Part shown: piece by piece, positions 1 through 13,742 of the stretch | Position numbering within the stretch: the stretch's first letter is position 1 | Layout of the letters: each line of letters begins with the position of its first letter | DNA from: Octopus sinensis | Taxonomy: Eukaryota | DNA: 64,000 nt | Assembly (NCBI RefSeq): GCF_006345805.1 | Contig: NC_043015.1 | Coordinates: 36,084,001 to 36,148,000 of the forward strand | Direction: 5' to 3' | Translations under genes and position numbers: made by a program | The notes under the pieces: model-generated | Database searches by the model: none | Told to the model about the DNA's origin: nothing | Seen by the model: the letters and a program-made list of their open reading frames with translations, nothing else

Positions 1-300
1 TAGAACGAAAACTGTTCCTGTTATTGCGGGAGCACTAGCTATGATAAGAAAGGGATATCAAAAACAGCTCTGATAATATTCCAGTAGAACCACGTCCCAG
101 AGAAATCCAAAGGATGTGCTAAGAAGTACTAGAAAAAAAACCTATCAATTTAAATGTCTGTGTTGTATTACATGAAAATATTTCGCTACTGCTCCTGTCC
201 CTCCCATCCTCAAGCTTACAGTCATACTGTAACATTTCTTATGGGTGTGTCTCGTCGAGTGATTGTGACAATCATGCAAATTAAAAGTAATAATACTAAT
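1..300 (+). mobile_element. R4/Dong-like (REL-endonuclease) LINE, 3' remnant
   Basis: Frameshifted translation RTKTVPVIAGALAMIRKG...IPVEPRPREIQ matches the C-terminal KTVPVIIGALG...EIQK motif of R2-group LINEs. An (AAC/AAT)n tail follows. Confidence 0.6.
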
Positions 301-355
301 TTTAACAACAACAACAATAATAATAATGCTGCTGCTGCTGATGATGATAATAATG

Positions 356-400
<45 letters not shown>
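301..400. repeat. (AAC)n/(AAT)n microsatellite
   Basis: Directly visible; it produces the spurious poly-Asn ORF at 154-477. Confidence 0.95.
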
Positions 401-401
<1 letters not shown>

Positions 402-679
402 CGACTACGAGCCAGAGTTGCAGAGAACTGAGCGAAGTACGGTTATATCTACACTTCTTATTTATCAGTATATTTGATTGCTATTTTATTTTATTAATTA
501 TGCTTTATTCACGGTTATTGTATTATATTTTACGCATTCTATGTTCTTCATTTTCGCACAAATCTTAATATTCTTTGCCAGTATATCTTCCACTCATCAT
601 TAACGCTGTGATCATAAGGAGTGCGTGCCTAAGATCTCTATGCATATCCTGATGCAGTAATGAATGTGTGAGAATGTCC

Positions 680-779
680 ATGTTTGTGCGTGTGTGTGTG
701 TGTGTGCGCGAGTGTGAGCTTGTGTGTGAATGCGTGAGAGTTTGTGTGTGGTGTGTGTGGTGTGTGTGTATGTGTGTGT

Positions 780-824
<45 letters not shown>

Positions 825-830
825 CGTACG
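680..830. repeat. (TG)n microsatellite
   Basis: Directly visible. It represents dozens of (TG)n, (CA)n and (TA)n tracts across the window. Confidence 0.95.
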
Positions 831-1214
831 TGTGTTTTTCTCTGATCTGCTGCTTTACTCAAGAGAATTAACAAATTATACTTTGCTTATCTGTGCAAAA
901 AGGACGCTAATAGAATTTCGGGGAGCAGAGAATTCTAAATCTACCTAGCTTCCAATTATGGAAATAAATTTTTCTTAGAACTGATAATGATGTAATCAGC
1001 ATATTACATACACATACATACACACGCACTCACTTATATATTCATATATACACACAAACACACACACTCTCACATATATCACGTAAATATATATTTATAT
1101 ACGTATACGTATATATATTTATGTACGTACAAACATAAAATATATGTATATATATATATATATGTATGCATATATATTTGCATATATACTGATTATGTAT
1201 GTATATGCATATGT

Positions 1215-1247
<33 letters not shown>

Positions 1248-1401
1248 GCATATTATATATATGTATATATATATATATATATATATGCATATTTATATTA
1301 TATATATAACGCATATGTGTTTTATGTAATTATTATATATATATATTATATAGATTATATATATATATATATAATATATATATATAATATATATATATAT
1401 A

Positions 1402-2128
1402 TAGCAATTAAGGACAACTACTTTAAGGAAAACTTAACAAGAAATTGTCAGGTAGATAGCGTGAAAACCTCATAAGAGAAAAATTTCGAAAATAATTATT
1501 TCTTATTGAACATATTAATTTATATATAGAGGGCATTATACATACATGCCAGATGGCATTATACATACATGCCACGCGCTAAGAGGGACAATTAGTCATT
1601 TCTACCAAAAATATTACTAATCCCACCGAATGCAATTTTTCAAAGTAAGACATTTAAAAAATATAGACCTGTATCACCAATTATTTTCGAAATTTTTTCT
1701 CTTATGAGGTTTTCACGCTATCTACCTGACAATTTCTTGTTAAGTTTTCCTTATTAAGTAGTTGTCCTTAATTGCTAAATTTTTATTCCGAAAAAACTTT
1801 TCCTTTCCCGAAATGCAATTCGTAAAAGTCTGACATTTACAGGATGTAATATATGTAAACTCACCCATGTGCTTCGTGGATGTTGATCAGTTGGCTGATC
1901 GGCTTAAGCAAGGCAGGGTCGTTATGTATGATACATCAGACCTGCTGATGAATACGTAATTATGAAATCTGTGATACAGGTCTATATTTTTTAAATGTCT
2001 TACTTTGAAAAATTGCATTCGGTGGGATTAGTAATATTTTTGTAGAAATGACTAATTGTCCCTCTTAGCGTGTGGCATGTATGTATAATGCCATCTGGCA
2101 TGTATGTATAATGCCCTCTATATATAAA
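1402..2128 (+). mobile_element. Non-autonomous, probably Penelope-related repeat with interleaved inverted segments (A-B-A'-C-B')
   Basis: 1402-1497 is the reverse complement of 1679-1777, and 1519-1677 is the reverse complement of 1971-2128. A hammerhead motif lies at the C/B' junction. (TA)n flanks both sides. Confidence 0.65.
1938..1983 (+). ncRNA. Type I hammerhead ribozyme motif (C3-G8 core)
   Basis: Stem I AGACCTG(1938-44)/CAGGTCT(1977-83); core CTGATGA(1945-51); stem II ATA/TAT; GAAA(1964-67); stem III ATC/GAT with TGT loop; predicted cleavage after AUA at 1976. Confidence 0.8.
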
Positions 2129-2518
2129 TATATATATATATATATATACATATATAAATGTGTGTGTTCTTCATACTTGAATATTTCATTATTTATTCAC
2201 CTGCACAAAGACCTACGTATTTTTTTAGAATTTCGTTTTCGTATATATAATGTTCAATTTTCACATTTCTTTATAATTTCAAGATTGCATAACTTTGCTT
2301 AAATAACTTCATATATATTCATATATGTGTATGTATGTATAGTAAGAGATAGGAACGTGTATGAACCAAGAAGTACGAGAAAATAATTCTCAGTGATTTA
2401 TATTCATAAATAAGAAGGCAAGAACCTGGTGGAAGCTACGACCCAATTATACACGTCAGTGAGATTTTTGCTACATATTTCTTATCATTCTTTCTCTCTA
2501 TATATGCATATATGTAGT

Positions 2519-2692
<174 letters not shown>

Positions 2693-2777
2693 TATGTATG
2701 CATTTGTGTATGTATGTATGCATGCATGTATGTATGTATGTATCTATTTGTGTATTATGTATCTATGTATATATATA

Positions 2778-2842
<65 letters not shown>

Positions 2843-2861
2843 TATATCATTATAGATAACT

Positions 2862-3465
2862 TTGATATGTTTCAGTCAGTATAGGCGCAGGCATGTTTAA
2901 CTCAGTAGCACCACCTGATGGAGTCTCTTATTAATGTATGTGGCACCATAGCCCACTCAAATAAAGAGTTATTATTGTTGGAGATATACCCGGGTGCAGG
3001 AGGTTGGTCCTGGATTATCTGAAGAAATATGTCCAGTGAACATTTGAATTTTTATGGGATCCGTTTCCGTTTTGACGTATTTTGATATGGTATTAAAGAG
3101 AGCTGAACCAGTAAAGTAATTGTGACGTAATGTTTCTATGTGTACCGCGTTCGGTTTTTGTAGTGAATGGATAGCACGGGGTTCAAGAAAAGGATGGATT
3201 TTAAAATTGATGCCAACTTCATTTGCGAAATATTGATGGGATATTTCCCACATGACACAACTGATGTAGCGCTCCTGGCGGTGTTGGAGGGAGTCGAGAT
3301 TGAGTGTCTTTTTGTCGACCCCAATACTGAACGCCTCTCAGGCCGTTTATCTTTCTTGTCATTGACCACTGATGTGCTTCTACTCTTTCGTAACGAGTTG
3401 CCTCGTATGGGGGTGGGCAACAGTGGGCAACATTACTTAAGATGGTGTCGGTCAATGTCTGCATA
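2862..3465 (-). mobile_element. CR1-like LINE, ORF2 C-terminus and 3' UTR (decayed)
   Basis: Minus-strand frameshifted peptide pieces TRKINGLRGVQYW, LDSLQHRQERY, SALFNTI and PGY match the end of CR1-group ORF2. Confidence 0.75.
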
Positions 3466-3509
3466 CACACAGACACAAACACATACACACGCACATATAT
3501 ATATATCCC

Positions 3510-4840
3510 CAGAAACAAATCCTGCTTGTGATCAAAAGTGATCCGAAACACTCCTATGAGAAGGAAGAAAGCAGAGAAGGAAGCCAAAACTGTAAAAAAT
3601 GTAAAGACAAAACTTTAAGACTTCTTAAGATTTGCAAAGACCCTGCGCCCATACGAAGAAAAACTGTTCGAAGAAAATGACTCGCTGACTACAGGTCCGT
3701 GCAATACAAAAGTGCTTTTACAACTGCGATGGGAATACCTGAGAGTAACTATACCTGATAAGGTTTTGGTACCACAGCTCTAGAAGAGATTGCAGTTATT
3801 TTTAGCATCAAAATAGGAGAAATTGATGTGATATTAGCCATTGACGAAATAAGCTCCATTTCAGCCAGGGGCCACTAATGGATTGCCAGCAATCGTCTCA
3901 AAGAAATGCAAACGGGCTCTCGCAAGACCACTAGAGATTGTCTTTCAGAGCTTTTACTCGTGACTGGAAGAAAGTGAAAAAAAGGCTTAATAAGGCCTCT
4001 CCACAAAGGAGTAGAGTGGGTGCTAAAAGCTATAGACCAGTCTCTCTAACCTTCCATGTCAGCTAAGTCTTGGTACAGATTATCAGGATGAACCTGAATG
4101 CGATCCTGGAAGATGATGACGTGCTCCCTGACACCCTGCATGGCTTCCGTTCAGGAAGAAGTTGTCTTCCATAGCTTCTACAGCATAATAACCGGGTGCT
4201 GAAACAACTAATGAATCGCTCAAACGTGAATGTGATACATGTTGATTTTGCAAAGGCCTTTGGTAAACTTGATCATGGGATGATTACGTCACGAGCTAAG
4301 GAGATTCGTCACAGTTGGATAACTGGGAGAGTGATTGCATGACTTCTTAAAAGACAGAAGCCAAGCTGTGACTGAAAATGGGTCCTCTCCAAGGAGATGC
4401 TAACAGAGAGTGGAGTGCTTCTAGGAAATGTCTTGGAACCGCTGCTGTTTATGATGGCTCTTTCGGATATGCCATGAGTTACACAGACAGCCACACTTAC
4501 TAGCTATGCCGATGACACAAAAGTAGTACAAACAGACAAGGCACCTTCCGATGCTAATCTTCTGAAAGACCTGGATGCCATATGTAAATGGGTTGAAGAA
4601 AACAATATGCAATTTAATATAAGAAAATTCAAACCCTCCGCTCTCAGATAGCTTGTGCTTACTTACCGTAACAACGATACTTAAGAGCAAAAAGAGGGGC
4701 AATCCCAGAATTAAATGCAGTCTGTGATCTGAGGATTGATGTGAGAAATAACACCTCGTTTAACGCGCATTTCGTGAAGATGGTGGCATACGCAAGTAAA
4801 TTGCTGGACGTATTCTGAGAACTTTCAGAACAAGAGACTG
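3510..4840 (+). mobile_element. CR1-like LINE reverse transcriptase region (decayed, inverted relative to 2862-3465)
   Basis: Motifs HGFRSGRSCL, VDFAKAFGKLDHG, SGVLLGNVLEPLLF, SYADDTKV (about 4502-4525) and ILRTFRTR, with stops and frameshifts. Confidence 0.85.
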
Positions 4841-4842
4841 AT

Positions 4843-4950
4843 AGAATGAGTACTTGGCTTACAAAGAATAAGTCCTGGGGTCGATTTGCTCGACTAAAGG
4901 CGGTGATCCAGCATGGCCGCAGTCAAATGACGGAAACAAGTAAAAGAATA
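4843..4950 (+). mobile_element. SINE 3' tail fragment
   Basis: GGCGGTGATCCAGCATGGCCGCAGTCAAATGACGGAAACAAGTAAAAGA; a related copy lies at about 48265-48365. Confidence 0.6.
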
Positions 4951-5220
4951 GTCTGAAAAGTCTTTACTAGGACCCAAGTCCTCAGCATAAAGAGTCGGCA
5001 TAAGAGGAAACTAGGTGAGCAAATATGGAGACAATTACGTGAAGAAAAAAATAAAACTATTGGGTTCATAGGCGAAAAATACATACATGTAAACATGTAA
5101 ATAGAATGAAAGAGAATGAAATTTTTCAAACGAGGATTTTCATGTGTATATATATATATATATATGTGTTTATATATATTTATGTATATATATACTTAAA
5201 TGTGAATTAACTCTTATCTA

Positions 5221-5288
<68 letters not shown>

Positions 5289-5589
5289 TATACATATATA
5301 CATATACACACATATATATATATATATATATAAATATATATACTTATTTTTCAATTTTTATACATATTTATTATTATTCTTTTGCAAAAAACAATGCAAC
5401 TTTTTTTCCCCTTTCTCATTTTTAAAAAACCTTTTCACCTAACTATTCTTGATAAGTCAAATTATGACGAAAACCGGTTTGAATAAATATATATTTATAT
5501 ATTTTTTCATTTTCTCATTTCATTAAAATTTTCTTTCAATCGAGCATTCTGCATTTTTACAATTTTTCCTTGCTATATATACATATATA

Positions 5590-5990
5590 TATTCTTTTCC
5601 ACTCTAGGCACAACGCCCGAAATTTGGGGGGAGAGGGCCAGACGATTAGATCGACCCCAGTACACAGCTCGTACTTAATTTATCGACCCCGAAACGATGA
5701 AAAGTACAGTTGACCACGGCGGAATTTGAACTCAGTACGTAAAGACAGACGAAGTGCCTATTTCTTTACGACCCACAAGAGGCTAAACACAGAGAAGACA
5801 AACAAGGACAGACAAACGGATTAAGTCGATTATATCGACCGCAGTGCGTAACTGGTACTTATTTAATCGTCCCCGAAAGATCAAAGGCAACGTCGACCTC
5901 GCCGGAATTTGAACTCAGAACGTAGCGGCAGACGAAACACCGCTTCGCATTTCGTCCGGTGTGCTAACGTTTCTGCTAGTTCGCCGCCAT
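5590..5990 (-). mobile_element. Two adjacent tRNA-derived SINE copies
   Basis: Both carry the shared core ATCGACCCC...GGAATTTGAACTCAG. The copy at 5762-5990 matches the fuller copy at 47137-47367. Confidence 0.85.
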
Positions 5991-8559
5991 ACTCGCATAT
6001 ATATATTAGTTCTTTGAACGTATCATTCTATCTCTGGTCCATCCCGAAATTCCTTCACCACGCACAACAGTCCCTATTTTAGAAACAACACACAACAAAT
6101 GAAATTTTGCCTCAGTGATAATCATGTCAGTAGTCCACGATACAGATTTCACTTTCACCAATTATTTATTTCTTATTTATTTGTCGATCTCGACAAGGGT
6201 ACATTGCCAAATGTGTGTGTGTGTGTGTGTGTGTGTGTTTGTGTGTGTCTGTGTCTGTATGCGCTTGTGTGTAAGTGTGAGAAGTTTTGTAGGAATCTAA
6301 ATATAGACAAGGTGAATGCCTCATCTGTTGACACTAGTCAATGAGGCAGATTTGATAATTAGTAAAATACAAATTATCGCATGGTTTCATTTTTTGTACA
6401 CACAGCATTATACTTCCTGTGTGACCTTTCCTAATATAATGTACTAAACACACATACACTGATGTAACATACACGCATGCACATATATACATCAGTGTAT
6501 GCGTGTTTTTATTCTCCCCCATACACACACACACATATATACATACATACATAAATACATTTTCTTTGAATCTGTAATTGTGTATTGTGTGGCATGGCGT
6601 TGTACGTTTCTTTCAATGGACTCTGCGACCTAACACAGTTCACAAAGTCGTCATTTTTGTGTGTCGTTTTATTAAATAAAAATCTTTTTGTTTGTCAGTG
6701 ATTTCTTTTCATTGGTGAGGAGGCGAACTGTTATTTTCTTCGCATAATTAGAGAGTTAAGTCATTTTGGCAATAAAATAATTGTTGTTTTTATTTTCTGA
6801 TTCTCTTAATTACTTTGTCTTTGATCATTCCATTACGAGGCAACAACATATTTCACTAATTATTCTGAGGTTAGCAAGGCTAATTTGTCAGTCTTCTCGT
6901 CTGCTCGATTTATGAAATGAAATAAAATCAATTGAATTCTCAATAATCATTTCTCAGGGATTGTCTTCCAATAGACGTAAACATTCCACATATAAAAACC
7001 ACAAATCTACACATGATCTTCTATTTTAAATTCACCATTCAACGATTTAATTTCAAATCCCACCTGTGTCTCTGTTGCACTTCCTAATTCCAATTACGAC
7101 TGATCTGTTTGTTGTACAATGTATCAAAGTTTAAAGGTTGTATTAGTTTGTCATATTTTCCTACTCAGCACTCCATTTTTATGTCTGAAAAGTGGTAAAA
7201 TATTCTAATTTAAAAAACGAGAATCAAAATTTGTTGAGAAAAAAGCCCATAAAACACCACGATAAAATCTATCTCGTGTTAATTCAAATAACACATTGGA
7301 GATGATTAAAATAAGTAGAAAAGAAAAAAAGCAAATGAATGTGTCTGCCAACCGAATAGAAAAGACAATTCATTTTCAAATTACTTTGGCGTTAACCACT
7401 TCCCGTTGACAAAGGTTGATTAAATGCTGTTTGCTGATGTTGCTGCTTTACTCCATGTCAGCCATGACTGACAGAAGCATGAACAAATGCATTCCAATCG
7501 GAGTATTTGCAGTTGTTACGTACATTCTAGTTTTTATTGAACAGTATGACGTTCTTCTTTCAGATGATTTGAGCTTTAGTTGAGGAAATTTGGTAGCTAT
7601 TTCTAGATGATGGATTCACCATATAAAGGCTTTATTCCTCCTATCTTTGAACGATAAGCGAAGTAAAACAGCTGCCATATTGTGCTTCTAACGTTTAATT
7701 AATGACATTCTAATTCTTTTATACAATTTTTTCGTTCAATGACCGTAATAGTAACTTGTTGGTCCCTTGGCTGATTTGATGATAATGGGAGGGCTGCTGG
7801 CATGTGCTTACGATTTAGAGACAAAACAGAGGTCATTGTAATGGCCTAAATAAATACGTAAATCCTATCCATTTAATATCGATTCCTAAAATAAAGAATG
7901 AATAGTAATTTGAATGGGGTCACCATTTTGAATGGGGTCACCTACTAACAATTCAAATAAAGCCTAAAGTTCATATTTCATCAAGAGTTGTTCCAGATCT
8001 GTCTAATCAAATGCATATAAAAAAAATGGGTTCTCTTTTTATACTGTGCTTGGGAGATTGATACATTGACGAGCAGTTATGTTGTGCTAGTCCATTAGAC
8101 TCTGCATCTTTGTTCTTCTGCCAACATCAAAACTTAATCTCACAGTAAGAAAAGTGTAGCTTTTTACTAAATGATTTTTCTTCAATTGTTTGAAGTTACG
8201 TTGCAGATTAAATATCCACATGGGTGTAATCAGCCTGTTATTTCTCCAAGATCGATACCAATAACCAAAGGTTATATACTGTTGGTGTTTCGGTTGCTTA
8301 TCTCCACCAGGGTGCTTTGAAATGTGTGGTGCTATGCCAAAATTTGAAATCAATTACATTTCTATGGTTTTCTTGAAAAAAAAAATACCTGACTCAACCA
8401 AGGGAAAAGAAGCGTCGTCATTATTTTCTGATGTCAGGACTAGGCATGATTCGATCTCAGAATTCACAGAACGGGAGCGGACACAGCAAAGGATCAAATG
8501 CAACTTTCTAACTGTTCCGTCAATCAATGGCTTTGGACTGATGCTTAATGCGATTGACC

Positions 8560-8670
8560 TCGAAAGGCCGAAACACAATGTTGACTTCTGCGGGTTTTGA
8601 ACTCAGAGCGCAGAGAGTCGGAATAGATGTAGTATGTCATTATACCTACTGCAGTAAATTCTGCAAATTC
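8560..8670 (-). mobile_element. Decayed SINE fragment
   Basis: GTTGACTTCTGCGGGTTTTGAACTCAGAGCG resembles the core of the 47137 family. Confidence 0.5.
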
Positions 8671-10119
8671 ACAGCCATTTCTTAATTTTGTTGCAAGGTT
8701 GTGATTTATTTTAACAAACACACTTAAGACAACTAATCACGATCTTTATTTTTTGCTTTGGTGGTGGCAGGGGAATATCGTTCCCCAGTTGTCTACATTT
8801 CGAACGGCTTCGCTTCAAAACGCATGGTTTCTGTTTCGTTTCCTCAGTGCATTAATTTAGTCACGTGGCTTAGATTAGTAAATGAGATAAAATAGACGTA
8901 AATAGAGTGAAGGACTGATGGGTAATGTGATCTTGTTTGGTATTTGATTTCATTGTTCGGCCAGTTGAACTTCGTGTCATCCCTTGGATTTGGCCTTTTC
9001 AGGTCTTTATTAGAATCCTATCTGCTGCAAACATTCATAGCTCCAACGAGTCTTTTTGAGACCCTGGATATAATCTCCGACTCTTGGCTTTCCTTTGACT
9101 AAGCCATAGCAAATGAGACACATTAGAAAATGGAGTGCCAGATACTTAGGAGTTATTAAATAAGGTAGACTTAGACAACTCTCAAATAATACCATAATGA
9201 ACAAGTCAGGATTGTTTTCGACAAAAAGAATGATTGTCAAGGATTAATATACAGCTAACTCTTACCATAGTAAAACAATTAAGAATAAACGAAAGCAATT
9301 TGCAATATCTTAGACTAATACCAAATTTAAAGACGATTTCCAAAATAAGAGACAAAGACAATCCAGAAGCCAAACCAGTTTCTGAGAATGGTTACGTTCT
9401 TGATGTTTCACGTTTAAAACCAGCCTAGCGTCGATCCACAATGATTGACTCCAGTTTTAATAAAGAAATAATCACCAATTGCGCATACATACGCACATAC
9501 GCATTATACGCACACACACACACATATACATATACATATACATACATGCATACAAATATATATTTAAAATATTTTATAATTATATATTTATAATTACAAC
9601 AAAGGTCTGTCTTTACACCTCACCAAACAAACTGCTAGAAATAGAAGCTAAGGTTTCTATTACCACATTGAAATCCCCGAGAAATACCATACTATATTGC
9701 TTGTAAACAAAAGAAAAATAATGAATATACAAGGTTGGTCAACTCCGTACTTGATTCCGATTTTAAGCTTAAAGTAAAATTTAAATATTTCACTTACTGC
9801 TATCATCAGCGGAAGTACTCCATGAGATAAATTTTCGAGTGATTCAAAATATGCATCCAACCGGCGACATTGGATAACCAATATCCACACTCGCATAAAT
9901 ATCCCGCCAAGTATAATTCACATCCGTCCTTTGTACCCATGCGCAATGTATTATCTAAACCGCAGTAAATGCAGTTTCGGTCATGAAGTAAATTTATTCA
10001 AATATGCATATTCGACGGAAAACCATACCCCCATACACACACACGATGGTACTTTTGCACTTCAAATGCACGACAGCTATGTCAGCCACGATGTGAAGAG
10101 ATTTTGCTTCAGCCATAAG

Positions 10120-10940
10120 GGATCTTTTCCTTTGGAACGGCAGATTTTAACACAATTTCTAGTTTTACGCGTGTAAAAAAAAAACTTTGTATACTGGTAG
10201 AATGTGTCAAAATAAAACATTATTTTCACTTGGCTTTCTTGATAAATTTGTAATTCGTTTGTTTAACGTAGTTTAACTTTTCGAATTTTAACCAATCCTA
10301 TCCTCTCTTTTAAGCTAAAATCATTTACTGCGTCTAAAACTGAGACAACATCCTGTAACTAACCCTCACCCTAACCCTAACCCTAATTTTTTTTTCTTAA
10401 TTGTTAAATTAATTTAATTGTTACGCGTGTAAAAAAAACTAAAGCAATGGAAAATAATTTAAATAATTAACAAACAAAATAATTCTATAATTTTTATATA
10501 CACGCTTTCCGTAACACACGCTTTCCGTATACGTACGGAAAGCGTGTGAATAAAAATTATAGAATTATTTTGTATGTTAATTGTTTAAATTATTTTCCAT
10601 TGCTTTAGTTTTTTTACACGCGTAACAATTAAATTAATTTAACAATTAAGAAAAAAAAAATTTAGGGTTAGGGGGAGGGGGAGGGGGAGGGTTCGTTACA
10701 GGATGTTGTCTCAGTTTTAGACGCAGCAAATTTTGTTTATCTAAGTGGAGGTAATCGATTGGTTAAAATTGCCGAAATGCTCGGATTTTCAGACGAAATA
10801 TCTTACAAACTATAGATTTTTCTCAATAAAACCAACAGAAAATGATGTTTTATAAACACATTCTACCAGTATACGAAGTTTAAAAGTGTTTAGTTAATTA
10901 GAAATTGTGTTGACATCTGCCGTTCAAAAGGAAAAGATCC
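10120..10940. mobile_element. 821-bp foldback MITE with 8-bp TSD (Merlin-like or Mutator-like termini)
   Basis: Termini GGATCTTTTCC/GGAAAAGATCC; TSD GCCATAAG at 10112-10119 and 10941-10948. The whole element is an imperfect palindrome centred near 10530. Confidence 0.9.
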
Positions 10941-10976
10941 GCCATAAGTTTACGGTTTATGTTTTGGTAGAATGTT

Positions 10977-11355
10977 GTGGAGGCGCAATGGCCCAGTGGT
11001 TAGGGAAGGGGTCTCGCGGTCGTAGGATCACAGTTTCGATTCCCAGCCCGGGTATTGTGAGTGTTTATTGAGTCGAAACACCTAAAGTTCCACGAAGCTC
11101 CGACAGGGGATGGTGGGGAACCCTGCTGTACTCTTTCATCACAACTTTCACTCACTCTTTCTTCCTGCTTCTGCTGTATCTGCATTTCAAAAGACCGGCC
11201 TTGTCCCACTCTGTGTCACGCTGAATCTCCTCAAGAACTACGTTAAGGGTACACGTTTCTGTGAATTGCTCAGCGACTTGCACGTTAAGAGCAGGCTATT
11301 CCGTTAATTGGATCAACTGGAACCCTCGTCGTCGTTACCGACAGAGTGCCACGTC
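10977..11355 (+). mobile_element. Full-length tRNA-derived SINE with TSD
   Basis: Head GTGGAGGCGCAATGGCCCAGTGGTTAGG with a B-box-like GTTTCGATTCCC. TSD AGAATGTT at 10969-10976 and 11356-11363. Confidence 0.85.
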
Positions 11356-13031
11356 AGAATGTTTCGACACATTCAACTTTAATTTAATAAGCGTGTAATT
11401 CAGTTGATCAAACAATCGAAATCATATCACCGAATTCGACGGAGAGCCATCCACACACACACACACACACACACATATGCGCAGACAACCGACTAGATCG
11501 CCTGTTATGCCTCTTGTTCGCTTGAAATGTTTGGTTTCTCTGCCAAATAGAGGAATCAATACTTTATTATCTTTTCATTGATATATACTCTATGTTAATT
11601 AGGAACAAAATGGAAAGCAAAAACAAGAACAAAAGATAAAAAAGATAAAAGATAAAAGATTAAAAAAACCTACAAACAACACATAATAACAATGAACAAT
11701 TTCAGCGACAAAGCACCCTCGTCCGAATAAAAAAAAAAGCGATAAAAATTAAAATAAAAAATTCAGTGCTCAGAGTCCTATAAAATGGTAAAAGACATAT
11801 TAAATGGCAGAGAAGCCGAATATCAGAAAATACATTCAGAATAACAAATGTCGTTAAAATTGATTTCTCGACGTCTCGTCGTCATCCTCTTCTTCTCCGC
11901 CGTCGTCGTCGCCCCTTCTTATTCTGTTGTAAATTAGCATTCGGTGATATTGGCCACAGATGACTTAAGTTTTAGTTTGGTTGCCGTACAGAATAATCGA
12001 AGGGACATCGACATGATACAATGACAATGCTGCTGATGCTGATGATGATGATGCCAGACGCCATGTGTATGCAACTATGAAGGAATCTACGTAAATATGT
12101 ACGCTCGTTTATGTTTGTTTTAATGAATATATTTTTACGCCAATACATAAATATATCGTTTGTTTACTAGCTTTAGTCATTGGACAGCTGCCATTGTATA
12201 GTAACGTCTACGAATATTGTAGTCAATCATAACATCGAGCCCATTAGCTTTACATTTTTATTTGTTTATAGACTCAAGTTTTATATATTTTATCGCTATC
12301 AATTTATCGATACATTCATTTATTACTTCGACAAAAATGACAAACAACACCACATCAGCACCTGTTTAGACTTGCAACATAAACAGGTACCGCTATGTAG
12401 GCGCTCCTGTGTGTGTGTGTGTACTTTTGCATATGCATGGTGGAGAGATTAGCAGAAGAGTCCAATGCCCGCCGTGACGTCTTCTTGTATGTTTTCCACC
12501 ATTTTCCTTCTATGCTAATTCTGAGGCTTCCATACAAAAAATCAAGACAAAATGTAGAACAAATGGTCAACTATGAAGGGAGTGGTCTATTAAAATACAT
12601 TCATAATTATACATAGATATTTACATGCAAACAGACCTATTTACGTAGATATATCTATAACGGGAATTTATGCAACATAGAATACCTAGGTTCTAATCTG
12701 CAACTGGAAAAGTTCATTAATATTTTCAATGATCATTTTCGAAATATTAGTTAATGAATTTGTTGGCTTATCCGTTTAATAACAAGAAACACGATTCTCT
12801 GAAGACAACGAATAAAATATTTTGTAACTTAGCCTCATACAAAACCGTGTGTTGTATGCATGCATATGAGTTCCTAATCTGCGCAGAAAAGAAATTGTTT
12901 CCGTTGCAGTCGGTTAGAGAGTCTCTCTCTTTGTCATCGATACATGAACAGCGAAAGAATTATTTGTATTTGCTTGGCAACTGTCCCAGCTTGTGTGTGT
13001 TGAAATTCATATCTACTCCTACCTTGATATA

Positions 13032-13111
<80 letters not shown>

Positions 13112-13154
13112 ATATATATAAATATACATATATACATATATATATATATGCATA

Positions 13155-13194
<40 letters not shown>

Positions 13195-13674
13195 TGTGTG
13201 TGTGTGTGTGTATGTATATATATAAATATACATATATACATACATATATATATATATGCATATATATATATATATATTTACTCACGCTGGCCACTGGCAA
13301 ACATTAATATTTAATTTTTGCCCTATATTTTTCGATTTTTTATATATCGCCCATACACAGACATACAAGCGGGTTTCTAATGGCTGTGTATGGGATGCCA
13401 TGTGTGTCTGCGCGAGTGTTTGGCACTATTTATGCATATATTATATGTATGTCAATAAACAGAGAAAATTAACAAAGTGTGAAAGAGTGAAAACCGAAAA
13501 GTTGGTTGGTTCCTGTCTGAAGAATGATGAATTACGTCGAATGATTATTCCCCATTCTGAATAACCCATCGACGTGTTCGTTAATGGATTAAGTTCTCTT
13601 CGTATTTCGTAGCAACTTTACTCATTTCTATAGTCCCGCTTAAATATAATCGGACAAACACACACACACACACA

Positions 13675-13742
<68 letters not shown>

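Noticed and set aside
9770-9820. Minus-strand CTGATGA...GAAATATTT
   Set aside because: Neither stem I nor stem II pairs.
10363-10386. Possible chromosome end or fusion scar from inverted telomere repeats
   Set aside because: Only 3-4 units, embedded symmetrically within a TSD-flanked transposon.
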